NCBI GenBank assembly: GCA_902778175.1
Contig: CACYWT010000005.1
Location: 5,926-69,925, forward strand
Direction of reading: 5' to 3'
Origin: an uncultured Ruminococcus sp.
Lineage (GTDB): Bacteria > Bacillota > Clostridia > Oscillospirales > Acutalibacteraceae
Length of the DNA stretch: 64,000 nucleotides
Below the pieces are notes generated by a model that was given only the letters and a program-made list of their open reading frames with translations, made no database searches and had not been told where the DNA came from. Positions 49,501 to 55,275 of the stretch are shown here, in pieces. How positions within the stretch are numbered: the stretch's first letter is position 1; every line of letters starts with the position of its first letter. Position numbers and translations under genes: made by a program.

Positions 49501-52500
49501 GGAAAAAGGTTAAAACACAAACTATTTCCAGTTCAGACAATTGGACTTATACGTTCAATACACTTCTTGCTTATGCACAGGACAATACCCCCTACACCTA
49601 TATTGCAGTAGAGAACAGCGTTCCGGGCTATACAACAGCTTATTCTTCAAATGTATCTGACCCCACAGGTAGTAATAATGGAATAACTGTAACCAATACC
49701 CTTGACACCCGTGATATTATCGTTACTAAGACATGGAATGATAACGGATATGATTCTGAAAAAGCAGCAAATCTGCATTATAACCTTGCTGTAACTATGA
49801 AAGGTACGATCAAGGGAGTGGGAGAAACGCCGGATGGACAGCTTAAAGTTCGTAATGGTAATAATACAGAGGATTTAAGTATCAGCAAGGTTCTTGGCAA
49901 AGATGCAAAGGACAATACTGACCCGAATAATCCGGTAAAGCAGAACCTTATCTTCAAAGGTCTGCCAAAGTACGATAAAAACGGTAATGTTATTGTCTAT
50001 AATATCACCGAGGCTGCAACAGACAATAGTGCTTCTACAGGTGTTAACGATCTTACAACTGTCACTTTAACAACCGATGGAACCCGTACTTCAGAATCTG
50101 CCACAGCGAATTTCAATGACTTATTACATAGGTATGGTTATGAAGGCACCTGTCAAAAGATAGTCAACTATGATAGTGACAGCAACAAAAAGTATGTTGA
50201 GCAGTTTGACATTACGAATACGCTTCCGCTGACAACCGTTAAGGTTGAAAAGCATTGGCAAACAGATACTTTCCATTCCTACAGCGGCGATGATAAGCGA
50301 AGGATTTCGTTTACACTCACAAGAACTCCGGAAGATGCTAATGACAGTGAAAAGTCATTTTCATCTGTCAATAATGTTCCTTGCAGCAGTGGTACGACTG
50401 CTACCCAGACGATTGAAAAGCTGCTTGTGCAAAACTATGCTAATGAGTATTATACCTATAGTGTAGAAGAAACTTTGCTGAAAGGTTATCAGACCGATTA
50501 CCCGTCAGATCCGACACATGATACTCAGGGTACAGTTACAGCAAAAACTGCTCTGGCTGTCAAAAATGGGACAGAAACATTAAAGATTAGGAACACACAG
50601 ATAACTCAGAATGTCAAACTACAGAAGATCGACTATACCTACTATGCAAATCACAGTACTGAAACAGGTTATACCAACCATGGAATAGATAATGTATACT
50701 TTAAGCTGTACATTAAAAATGGTAGTACTAATGTACCTGTACCTGTACCTGTCGATCTGCAGTCCGGTGGTTATTACAGCTATAATATTTTAAACAAGGA
50801 TAATTCAGACTGCAATATCGTCAAATCACAGACTGTAGACGGTGTAAAAGGTATAATTGATATCCACGGTCTGCCGCTGAACACATATTATTTAAAGGAG
50901 TTGGTTGATAATTCGGGACATCCGATGCCCGAGGGATTTACTAAGAATACCACAGAATTTGTGTTTAAACTCGATGTTAATTCTTCAAATGCGGAAGATA
51001 AAACCTTTACGTCAGCCGATGCCGATCCGAGTAATCCTGCTATCAAACAGAATACAGGTTTCCTTGGTGCTAATGTTAGTACGGATGCTATAGAAAACAG
51101 GATAGGCAACGCTGAGATTCCGCGTACCCTCAAACTGACGAAGGTTGATAAAGAAGCAGATACAAATGGTCTTTCCGGTGCAACATATTATCTGCTCTAT
51201 CTAATTCCATATGAAGTCAGAACCAAAAGAGATATTAACAATGAGCCGGATTATCAAGATGCTGCTAAAGATGCTATTACCCAAAGCAACGGTTCATATT
51301 CGGCGACAGTTGATGATTTCTGGCGTATAATAGGAACTTATTCAACTGATTCCTATGGTAAGATCAATACTGATTCTCTTTCGCACGGGATCTACACATT
51401 CCTTGAGGTTCAGGCACCTGTCGGTTATAAAGTCAGCAACAACGGCTTTGATAATTTTTCTTATACTACATTGAGCGGAGGCACTTCTCCAACTGATAAC
51501 GTTATGTTGAAATTGGACGATTATAACATTCGTTGTGAAGTTACCCACAAAGACCCCCGCAAAGATGCTCATGTCAAGGTCAATAAAACCGATGAAAATG
51601 GCAACGGTCTGAACGACGCCGTATTTGAGCTGTACTACAGACCGCCGGGATATTTACCTGATACTGTACCGACCAAGCCGACGGAAACCCCGACTATAGT
51701 TACCCCACGCACCGACCATGGTTATATCTACTTTACGGATAATAATTATAATAATGAAGGCGTCTGGGCAACCTTCACTACAGATGAAAATGGTAGGATC
51801 AGTATAACAAACGGTAATGTTTGTGTTCGATTCTACAGCAGTGTGAACAATACTTATTCTGACTGGGAAGAAATGACCCAAAGGTATCTGAATGAATTTG
51901 ACCAGATCGTTTTCAAGATCGAACCGCCGAGTGGTTATGATCAGGTTCAATTCGGAAACAAGATCGGTGAAAATATTATAAAATCTACAGTGGTATTTCC
52001 TTTTAGTGTTGGTCAGGGTTACTTCAAAAACGGCAAGTCCGGTAATGATTATACCGTTGGCACATGGATGCTTGATACCAATGACGGACCGCCGTCATCG
52101 CCGGCTGTGTCGTATGAATCAAGCGGACACAAGCTTGTTGTTACTCTTGACAATTCATCCGACGCTCGCGCATGGGACGATCTTCATGTTATGTTCTTTG
52201 ACGAGAACAAAAATACTATCGGTCAGCCTTCACCGGGTTATATTCTTGAATTTTTCTCAGGTGAAGCTAATATTGGTAATGATCTTGCTCATTTTGAGAT
52301 CATGATCCCGAAGGGCGCAGCCTATTTCCAGCTTAATAACGGCACAAAAATTGACAGTTGTACCAATAAGTATCAGTCAGAGATCAAAGCCCTGAGTGAT
52401 GCAAACGACAATTACTACAAATTTGTTGATTCAAATCCGTCAGATCGTCTTAATTTCCAGTTTGAGAAGTGGGATATAAACAAGATCGGGTCAATAGATA

Positions 52501-55046
52501 CCGCACCTGATCTCACCCTGTCCGATTATGATTACATTTATTTCACAGATAAATATGACTGGAACAGCTCAGGTGATGGTTTACGGGCGTATTATTTCAG
52601 TGCCGAAGACGACCAATACTATTCAGCATGGCCGGGCAGTGTCGAACCAGACGGGTACTATTTAAATGAATATTCTCAAAAAGTATACCGTTTCCGTTAT
52701 CCTCGTGCTTATTATAATACAGTTATTTTCACGAATGGTTCAAAACAGACGGTAAATATAACCTATGATAAAGGAAAAGGTTATTATCTAACTGATGAGC
52801 TTGACGGTTCACATTATAAATGTGGCTATTGGGATGTAAATACCACCGCTACAACTCCAATTATCCCTGTTACGAATGTCGAAGACAAGTTTATTTACAT
52901 CATTGACAGCAGTTCGACAAAGTGGACAGATGTACACGTCAATTTCTTTGACAGCGGTAATAACCAGATCCAGCCCGATCACGGATATGTGCCGTACTAT
53001 ATGGGAGAATCCGGCGGTAAAAAATGGTATAAGGTCGTTCTTCCGTATAATGCAGCTAAGTTCAGTGTTAATAACGGTATTAACTCTCAAAATAATAACT
53101 TATATAAAGAAACAACCGAAATAACAGGAACAGATGTTGTTGCCGGCGGCATTTACCAATTCGATGGTACTAAAACTGGTACAAACTATGATCTGTTAAA
53201 GATTTATCCGTCAACACATACTCCCGGTATAGATGCCGACCTGCTTCTTGCAACTATCACAACGGGTTACGACGGTATGAACAATACGGTTGCGCTGGCG
53301 GATGGAGTATCGGATTATGTTGATGTTGGTTTTGATCATTCGGTTATTCTGAAAAAATGGAATGAATCGGGTAGCTACTATTTCAAAGAGATAAAGGCTC
53401 CCGAGGGATATACCGCTCGTCCTTTTATTAATGGTGACCTATTCCAGATTGACGCGGAAAAAGCTGATATGACTGTCTATATCGCTCCTGAATTTAAGAA
53501 TCCCAAAAAGAAGGGCTCTGTTGTCCTTACTAAAACTTCCAAGGAACAGACTGTCAGCAAGGTTATCGGAAGTACTCTTCCTAATGCGAAATTTAATCTG
53601 TACAGTATTTCCGAAGACGGAACCGAAACAATGCTTTATGTTACTCTTGCTTCAGGTAAATATACTCCAACCGGAAACAGTAATTATGATCTTATTACCA
53701 ATGCCGACGGTAAAATAATGATCGAGGATCTTGACTGGGGCAGATACTGTCTTAAAGAGATCAATGCTCCTGCCGGTTATGTAAATACTGATTCAAATCA
53801 GTCAAAAAGAGTATATTTCAGCGTTGGCAGCAATAACTGTGAAACAACTCAGCAGCTTTCCTGTACTGATGAGATTCAGAAAGCACAGATCATTATTAAA
53901 AAGGTAATTGATCAGCAGCCTGTTGCAGCATGGGGCGACCCGACATTCATATTCAAGATCCGCCAGACTAAGTTTAAAAATACCTATGGCGAGCTTGTGG
54001 ATATTGTTGGTTCAAAACCCGAGCGCACGATCAGCATGACTTTCAGTTCAACTGATACTGTACAAAGCACTTCTCCTATTGATATCGAACCCGGACAATA
54101 TGAGGTCAGTGAGATCAGCGTATCTCGTTACGCTCTTGATACAAACGGCTGTAAATGGAAGGTCGATGACGGTTTAGAGTCTACTTCAAATGATAAAGCC
54201 ACCCTGACGGTTGAAGCAAATCAGACGGGATATGTTGAATTTGATAACTATATTGAGTACTACGACAAATTCAGCCACGTTGATACGGAGATCAACCATT
54301 TCGGCGGTTACAAGGGTATACGGGTCGAGTATAAAGATCTGATAGGTGTTGCTACCGATCCTGCCGTGATAGCTAAGTCCGCGTTGAAATATTACAAGAT
54401 CAACAGCGATGGAAGCGAAACAGAAATAACCGATGCTGCGCAAAAGAACGCACTGACGATTTCATATGTTCCTCAGACAGGCGATGATACTCAATTCAGT
54501 ACTGATTTTTCTGTTGATTCCGCGAATAATCAGATCAGGATAGCTAATCCATCTCGCTACACAAGCGGAGTGTACAGGCTGAAAGCAACGAATACCGATG
54601 GTTTCAAGTGTGAATTCAACATAAGCTTTGTACCTAAGGACAGTACTCCCAAGGCATATGAAAAGACATTTGTATTCAAAGCTGACGATAGTAATATGAC
54701 TTACTTCAATGACGGCGGTACAAAAACCTCACAGTATGCATTTACCTTTACTATGGTTAGTGATGGCTTAAGCGGTTATAAGGTCTATTCCGTAAAGCAT
54801 AACGGTACTGTCATTGCCGAAGGCGATAACATTGCTGCTACTATGGAAACGAAATTGAACCAAATGCAGTCCGCTCTGACACCAAACGAGGCTTATATCA
54901 GTAAGAAAGAATTTGATTATTGGCTTAAAGACAGTGATCAATATAGCCCCATCACTTATGATGCTCTGAAAACGATCGCTGAAACTAATAATCCTCCGTA
55001 TTCGGTTGAATACAAGGCTGTACTGAAAGACAAATCAAGTTCATAG
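34557..55046 (+). CDS. giant (6,829 aa) secreted cell-surface adhesin built from Cna-B-type and SpaA/prealbumin-like repeat domains
   Basis: The ORF is uninterrupted for 20,490 nt. Signal peptide 'KATASLLAVIMIFASIPLNLIVDAG'. I count about 28 modules seeded by '(K/N)xWxD...(L/M)RP(D/S)..' or 'KKW(N/D)DN.Y...LHYN'. Several 'Y(Y/T/C)(L/F)KE..AP.GY' domains are present. ATG 34563 is better spaced from RBS 'gtggggt' than ATG 34557. There is no LPXTG and no C-terminal hydrophobic tail. Confidence 0.85.
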   Translation: MIMKNIFTKWRKATASLLAVIMIFASIPLNLIVDAGDQTPSDNGIGVINNAYAENTDHNCYKVEFFKADSNTAVSHSEFSFGTGANAVYIGANGMFDVNKGAYVDLLQCDDIKEFIDSQNITKVKISFIASGISSNPKDYQLYSVTSSAPSSVIENNVAVYNITKKKQATDSSGNPIFENIVDQNTGEITGTRPVLVDVNVDSSDYKLFTFTSTEIIDHEVVVNWRDTDPLVRPDLSFDITRSYSSVTSEAVTVSSPTIVSDSSNKSVYNYSVPKYNENNVEYNYTSAVSSSVNLSQKGKEYRYEATKDEHNNTIENSFTFYGKKSFDCSIKWLQGKNNKSVPTVEEIRNYINIYFDLYNETVLDNQGNPTTVTISPDKITITRDETTGTAHVSISGLDEITSDGKAQVYYLKRKDNTDIPLGDSSGDVWKVTAENLGVNSSDVEKVYQGATINNLKSNTVSFTANINWTDESNQTQRQGLQDAEKPVLDLWRYAATGDSNEKDRSAPVMTGKVPVTGTNDFVRFNNLPKYDRNGDPYVYYAKEKFTSALSSYEAVYDPVSPSGNIPSGSVDSGGTITNKLSGTRVFTVEAEWKAAARQGGDATVTYQVLYKNSNNEWVHVELDDVDDNGNHLDANGNVTTNTAQYSKTGKLTIKNFKAETMSKTAQFAALPQYDANGKAIEYRVVQTSVSRTDNSITSTPITNEIASGTTTVTMNGDEYDIIVSNSGDKYHFTYQLTGTMPLKIVKVWNDDPYAAKHPGEQIPDHHSDTVQALVKQFDFDTNAYVDYSSQDSHYNEDGTFHITNTDNPNISGNTQTWWINLDVPIYDENGHQYQYTVTEKNTFPHYDMTVGYQRVPNSETNKNEEVYTITNKYSPDEGANIVLKKEWQDDGDLLHRKDMTIHYNEHLNGTAGSSTLTEENVWETHPGRYKYYTYDSDHFTERNTGGTYTSVAHIHYDYSITATFTDLEAGTYKLLQKQEDGTWTELQNKTITSATDSFSQILNNSKQPLKLQKQVPDSNDPPATTWQNITALTDSNITFNETATFNVDTSGDTAGEININYSGKKNSNVNPKGWMIDAILSHYPSSSTDQDLKTSNFIGFDDLVGVYKDDDHYYAVEQKFDGGNTVTFTNTRIGVVSYKVELEWLLGDWITNNPNKNVRVKLIPKVNGVPLKNDNDQDISIEKDIPISSAVSEYYLTNLPKYNDKGVIIDWVLEEISVADQPVSSGHCTLNGHNCDVTVSHPAYSYGTDSHSDDLITVKLTNKFSEPTTATINKVWFDDSDILNLRSDTYIKLYRRHKGTSDDFIPHDNVEYAWSGQGDNWTYTFTGLPKYDDAGYEYEYAILELPIQDYSTTRYSHYNEQGNNDELSSLGQNLVPSGGCFVDTLFGKVVIKGEKLWNNILDDFSHSHYPIAKIKLFKRDKYQKDANGAYILDNNSNKQLTTDSDNTEIGHTTIYKGDNKYVFKPNEIDSPYYLLSGTTPLTESVTFGSDTISSLVLPKFDEYGSLIYYSLDEESINGYTFKISNDEIVNEFNGGRPVEITVTKKWENMNSDSIYPTIKLVLHQILFAKVTNDNGEILQNDGTYVSEPQSTAPKLTPVEYATYEKILTKDIMAGASSDQTLSVESNGDWVYTFGKISSIGADGKVYRYNSKENLREIAPDGSYFQYYITEELSTYEGGQPVELNALDNGDNTKTFLGNFYARNDIQTTIIQTNDTNNCSNLDDKYGTGFTIRSEIDGFKVKEFTQPAQINGSEASGVDIIQRNASIKNSYEPEVMSYQGTIDVSKSWVNYTGNDENPLNVEFTDVKDYAVIISRKTAKIGEEKLFKVNTKNSSTGKPAVSIEIPSEHQSEFNITEGEMTAYKSNGSIASSGDTIAYYEETIHFKKTVYTGFNDTIPVKFRIYKREKTDDDYQTMHNKIEIHGLAIYAQDATKYTYVITEYTPEANTTDPMNSYIPKYQTASDTWSKNPVGKKMDDYNQADFSLRNELKVFTLNLYKVFGKKYEENNTTQRAILDPADYSQYFNDEFVDQLRFEIYRKKGTDGEFEKYYYADGKDANDQYSVKKSGEKYIKQFKDLPAYSPEGILYYYQIREVGRPENAQYTIKYTNNNNSFGTDPYTYVYCSDNSSSKNTYVRNVFNAKQIKVNKYWQDNNNSDGMRPSNVLVTIKEKVPADNDHSFNGTNVDIYKVLKNDTSPKWQQTVELPNYYYNGADPVFGLEYGIEETRNLTSSQHGAYIYNLTEKGYKTPVCKYKLSDNTESEFDDTTTRIAVSGGTHDLKELNVYNSKDPVNCKLNFDKVWDDISNQWDLRPDTIYVKLLRNSKEVFTVSSTNNIMIPGSKATGGILTAEIRNLDNDAEYQVVRSVVDSNDPTKINWDVVNSQKSEDDYTEFSSSADTGTVTKIAKVTFTLSDVNSTVTEIVKLQKKNGEDWVDVSLDRDSQKLRAIISGTAYTDEVVTRNNSGQTLGIKSNDTFTVDGSGNIILPKTQAVDGKISVLMTGLHKTDGNSAYTYKVYNGSAVVTSETRSTGDNTVDVLATVDVGENDITLVLKRSTDNSTWTNVPSITAKRFFAADSVTGVVAIPVNSSGDTNNPQVVFEDLSYGKNVDGSEQNNGTWYPYYYTTVECDKFGNDYNANWTYKTKDDAGTENVSSKVAFSIDLNGFNEKKTYLNLRVVKNGVTTNNDDDLIKKDLTGSPIKVTHLKINDVELTGDEYYASENYQIGDITSESILREGVIVIPIPETIPRDENNAIIGPAVINGTIDNLPYLSSGVYTVQRSKAGGAYHSNRVTITNNTTPNTDYSTTTFEVKKRWSNDPSSLKLRPAQIYYKIFRITDADAVPECVTTLGVSGLITANVTGNEYSASYPNLQYGKFVTVNGSDKVWKKYHYFVQECDSSGNVIQSVTNYTNEQTKGTDKSFVLSSDNKNAAISEGIKNTIETRDFSFDKTWDDENNEYKSRDILELKLQYKSLNSNTWDDVPTNYMSTLTCKKSFAEGIDGTFGTESEISITSNPFQVDSTNASGLFNTGAVSPEYDRINIDFSGLPKIDKDGVEYEYRVVETKIGTQTIENNKKYLFTIPKPDDPEDTPEGQKWETSYATRVHDGVYNYYVDHTDTAAKTSIKNKNVTNAVSYVHVKAQKIWDDEFNIYGKRPEKIKFKLTRQYRTVTVTQNSSTQKDEISYSPWTDDSSFGSEKTVGEAERWTVLWSHCAAYESTGKEYQYIVNELTDNLTGYNSAADYPQKAESMYMEQNSDITKLVVFTNKYEPEKKSLTLSKIWDDMDDNYKLRPDSVKFELRCRYDTYSYSSNGKTDLTPTKVTTYDGLFYNSEAYNTLTAAQKTGFEELDKMNDGDTADGRFLLNISKNDSSYTDPQKDKWKVTLNNLPAYINVAASSDNAKYDGNSIKNGISVPVTYYVREYLPSVNSGTGYNYNDYVEYKDLTKYPYVASADTNTDKTTAHVIPVCIGNLPRKTGTDSNAKEYDYKLYTCDSDGNNETEVNEKDIQISGTVVTIFANITTTAGTDNTFIKVKRKIPADADYTLVTSDKDNHSIKAMTYEIMPAKKSDSNYSKREYTASEGIISIPNTDPVEKSPTSRGVFLLNNSTAAVPELAIGNKLDTRNITVALDWNDNGYMAIPENITDSNYTADKNNKLHYNTEIKLSCNSLPVKDNTDPNKKYSETKSISVKNKEGSHTDYVTKYGVVFTNLPKYNSDGTVFEYSIEQKIKSGDLTNYDYNEQVVNAYDDIVTRSTGANADSKVLSDNSRHLGTDIDESETGTLLTVADGNGTEGRKYNYASSYTSYTDNIDGADYVTQYNIKNTLPLTAVEVVKEWEDQSNAFKLRPSAPTGSQPDPLALVLETKDVAETNLTNTTYTGVDSGSWAVPYYSIKSQPDTSTDDQWKYTYTKLLKYAEDNDPYVFKISETISENKTHLNGYKDPTYVRNEENNTVGQIVDDVLNDSHLTSGEKWDGTHALTEKIYIQNELDTIDVYVAKKWNDNDYGSTLTTEQQTAIFNNLHYNVEVTLTSSQFPGNTTRKLPSGTYSSYKYGEKHIIPKGNTHAVKFADLPKYDANGVEVIYKVWETNTDSTEAQSAIDDSISYSNSGTDVTNVSQSDSTKKYFEVVGKKYGYTGSCKFLTHTASGTGTDLKNYLQYNILNTLPLTALKVNKHWDDQNNIFGLRPSYVKDLNKGAAATDAIDLTLSRKIASASDYTDLVSADSTITTNFKDWYTTTALNKSGNEWTFEYRKLLKYNENNKAYHFKITETQDSNDHVNAYKPPRYCAVSAYDTTSDKAGTKQTITTPDVNNSGAAQYDWDGTHPLVDEFEITNKLDTRDIVVAKKWDDNEYTGSTPSTSDLHYNIDVTLYCKDLYCTVSERNYNGKYQEIRMIPKQTNSVENGVVFRDLPRFDKNGTEYVYSVREAVANNNTNSVSDDTVTANFGNYSSVSVTYPTTPATTTVNTDILEKTKPVEFTFTVDSRKYGYNGSCKLYKASSENTMDFCEITNELPVVDITAESLWNDDGNRDGIRPEVVRLSLYCDDALVTSSQKDTVRPDESKQGTDGWQKEYDDSWKADFGRYPKYKENNDPHTYRVENSAYKMDYSAADYVKNNQNEYVKTINNYTSIPSNAVTMLAIEAAGVDGKKYPDSKSAGDKKFTVGEDDLFWSTLTDPNNAGTPAQLNFTVLNEHTPAKGNLDYQKKWVDSANGIDYRNLYRGSLTSVNFGEIGVTGDSTKTTWTRNGARTDLYTNENLTGDRKKNGQKSIITYSVSESSVPAGYSSSGTASGKTGDTLTITNTVQTADLIVYKKWEDHDYPDNLHYNISFTLTSDCTELYSISGTPLKKYNINTDTAVEHTVGEGAQAVKYKAYKIEGLPIYKPDGTTRITYTVTENTIGNAADEKPQYNYTPSTPTNVKLNANGQESVVEIGNELTLTNYTVTKIWADTNDYYNLRPDSITVTLYRTTNVTHSADLPKDVKDAAITGDESTGWKKVKTQTISSSDNWTYTFNTLLAYAQDNTPYTYIAVENSVPGYTTAYSSNVSDPTGSNNGITVTNTLDTRDIIVTKTWNDNGYDSEKAANLHYNLAVTMKGTIKGVGETPDGQLKVRNGNNTEDLSISKVLGKDAKDNTDPNNPVKQNLIFKGLPKYDKNGNVIVYNITEAATDNSASTGVNDLTTVTLTTDGTRTSESATANFNDLLHRYGYEGTCQKIVNYDSDSNKKYVEQFDITNTLPLTTVKVEKHWQTDTFHSYSGDDKRRISFTLTRTPEDANDSEKSFSSVNNVPCSSGTTATQTIEKLLVQNYANEYYTYSVEETLLKGYQTDYPSDPTHDTQGTVTAKTALAVKNGTETLKIRNTQITQNVKLQKIDYTYYANHSTETGYTNHGIDNVYFKLYIKNGSTNVPVPVPVDLQSGGYYSYNILNKDNSDCNIVKSQTVDGVKGIIDIHGLPLNTYYLKELVDNSGHPMPEGFTKNTTEFVFKLDVNSSNAEDKTFTSADADPSNPAIKQNTGFLGANVSTDAIENRIGNAEIPRTLKLTKVDKEADTNGLSGATYYLLYLIPYEVRTKRDINNEPDYQDAAKDAITQSNGSYSATVDDFWRIIGTYSTDSYGKINTDSLSHGIYTFLEVQAPVGYKVSNNGFDNFSYTTLSGGTSPTDNVMLKLDDYNIRCEVTHKDPRKDAHVKVNKTDENGNGLNDAVFELYYRPPGYLPDTVPTKPTETPTIVTPRTDHGYIYFTDNNYNNEGVWATFTTDENGRISITNGNVCVRFYSSVNNTYSDWEEMTQRYLNEFDQIVFKIEPPSGYDQVQFGNKIGENIIKSTVVFPFSVGQGYFKNGKSGNDYTVGTWMLDTNDGPPSSPAVSYESSGHKLVVTLDNSSDARAWDDLHVMFFDENKNTIGQPSPGYILEFFSGEANIGNDLAHFEIMIPKGAAYFQLNNGTKIDSCTNKYQSEIKALSDANDNYYKFVDSNPSDRLNFQFEKWDINKIGSIDTAPDLTLSDYDYIYFTDKYDWNSSGDGLRAYYFSAEDDQYYSAWPGSVEPDGYYLNEYSQKVYRFRYPRAYYNTVIFTNGSKQTVNITYDKGKGYYLTDELDGSHYKCGYWDVNTTATTPIIPVTNVEDKFIYIIDSSSTKWTDVHVNFFDSGNNQIQPDHGYVPYYMGESGGKKWYKVVLPYNAAKFSVNNGINSQNNNLYKETTEITGTDVVAGGIYQFDGTKTGTNYDLLKIYPSTHTPGIDADLLLATITTGYDGMNNTVALADGVSDYVDVGFDHSVILKKWNESGSYYFKEIKAPEGYTARPFINGDLFQIDAEKADMTVYIAPEFKNPKKKGSVVLTKTSKEQTVSKVIGSTLPNAKFNLYSISEDGTETMLYVTLASGKYTPTGNSNYDLITNADGKIMIEDLDWGRYCLKEINAPAGYVNTDSNQSKRVYFSVGSNNCETTQQLSCTDEIQKAQIIIKKVIDQQPVAAWGDPTFIFKIRQTKFKNTYGELVDIVGSKPERTISMTFSSTDTVQSTSPIDIEPGQYEVSEISVSRYALDTNGCKWKVDDGLESTSNDKATLTVEANQTGYVEFDNYIEYYDKFSHVDTEINHFGGYKGIRVEYKDLIGVATDPAVIAKSALKYYKINSDGSETEITDAAQKNALTISYVPQTGDDTQFSTDFSVDSANNQIRIANPSRYTSGVYRLKATNTDGFKCEFNISFVPKDSTPKAYEKTFVFKADDSNMTYFNDGGTKTSQYAFTFTMVSDGLSGYKVYSVKHNGTVIAEGDNIAATMETKLNQMQSALTPNEAYISKKEFDYWLKDSDQYSPITYDALKTIAETNNPPYSVEYKAVLKDKSSS
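45390..50600 (+). repeat. five-fold super-repeat inside the adhesin gene (alternating A-type and B-type Cna-B-like modules)
   Basis: A-type seeds ('(K/T)LDTR(D/N)I.V.K.W(N/D)DN.Y') start near 45390, 46491, 47529, 48934 and 49700. B-type seeds ('NTLPLT..V.K.W.DQ.N.F.LRPS' or variants) start near 46000, 47013, 48054, 49331 and 50217. Confidence 0.75.
51715..53100 (+). repeat. four tandem carbohydrate-binding-module-like units (CBM25/26-like pattern) inside the adhesin
   Basis: The pattern repeats four times: '(Y/F)IY(F/I).D...W..(L/V)(R/H)(A/V).(Y/F)F ... (WPG) ... (V/F).(F)(T/N)NG'. The clearest copy is 'YIYFTDKYDWNSSGDGLRAYYFSAEDDQYYSAWPGSVEPDGYY...YNTVIFTNGSKQTVNITY'. Confidence 0.45.
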
Positions 55047-55100
55047 AAATTATGTTTAAGCTTTGTCTGATTCACCCGGTATAAACCGGACAACACAAAT

Positions 55101-55144
55101 AATCCCCCGATATTATCGCACTATTGATGATTTATCGGGGGATT
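55101..55144 (+). terminator. possible terminator or attenuator after the adhesin gene
   Basis: 12-bp stem aatcccccgata/tatcgggggatt with a 20-nt loop, followed by an AT-rich tract. Confidence 0.4.
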
Positions 55145-55275
55145 ATAAATTTAATCGGGATATTTTTACAAATATACTTGTCTTTTTCTAAAAAAAGTGT
55201 ATAATAGTAAGTAAGATTGTATAATATAGTATTTTGGGATATATTGTGATATTTCATATAAAGGAGGAACACCTG

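Noticed and set aside
34557-55046. LPXTG sortase signal, and a CRISPR-like or satellite interpretation of the periodic sequence
   Set aside because: The only LPxT strings are 'LPLT(A/T)' inside repeat modules, not followed by G or by a hydrophobic tail. The periodicity is at the protein-domain scale (0.3-1.4 kb), in one open frame, with diverged units.
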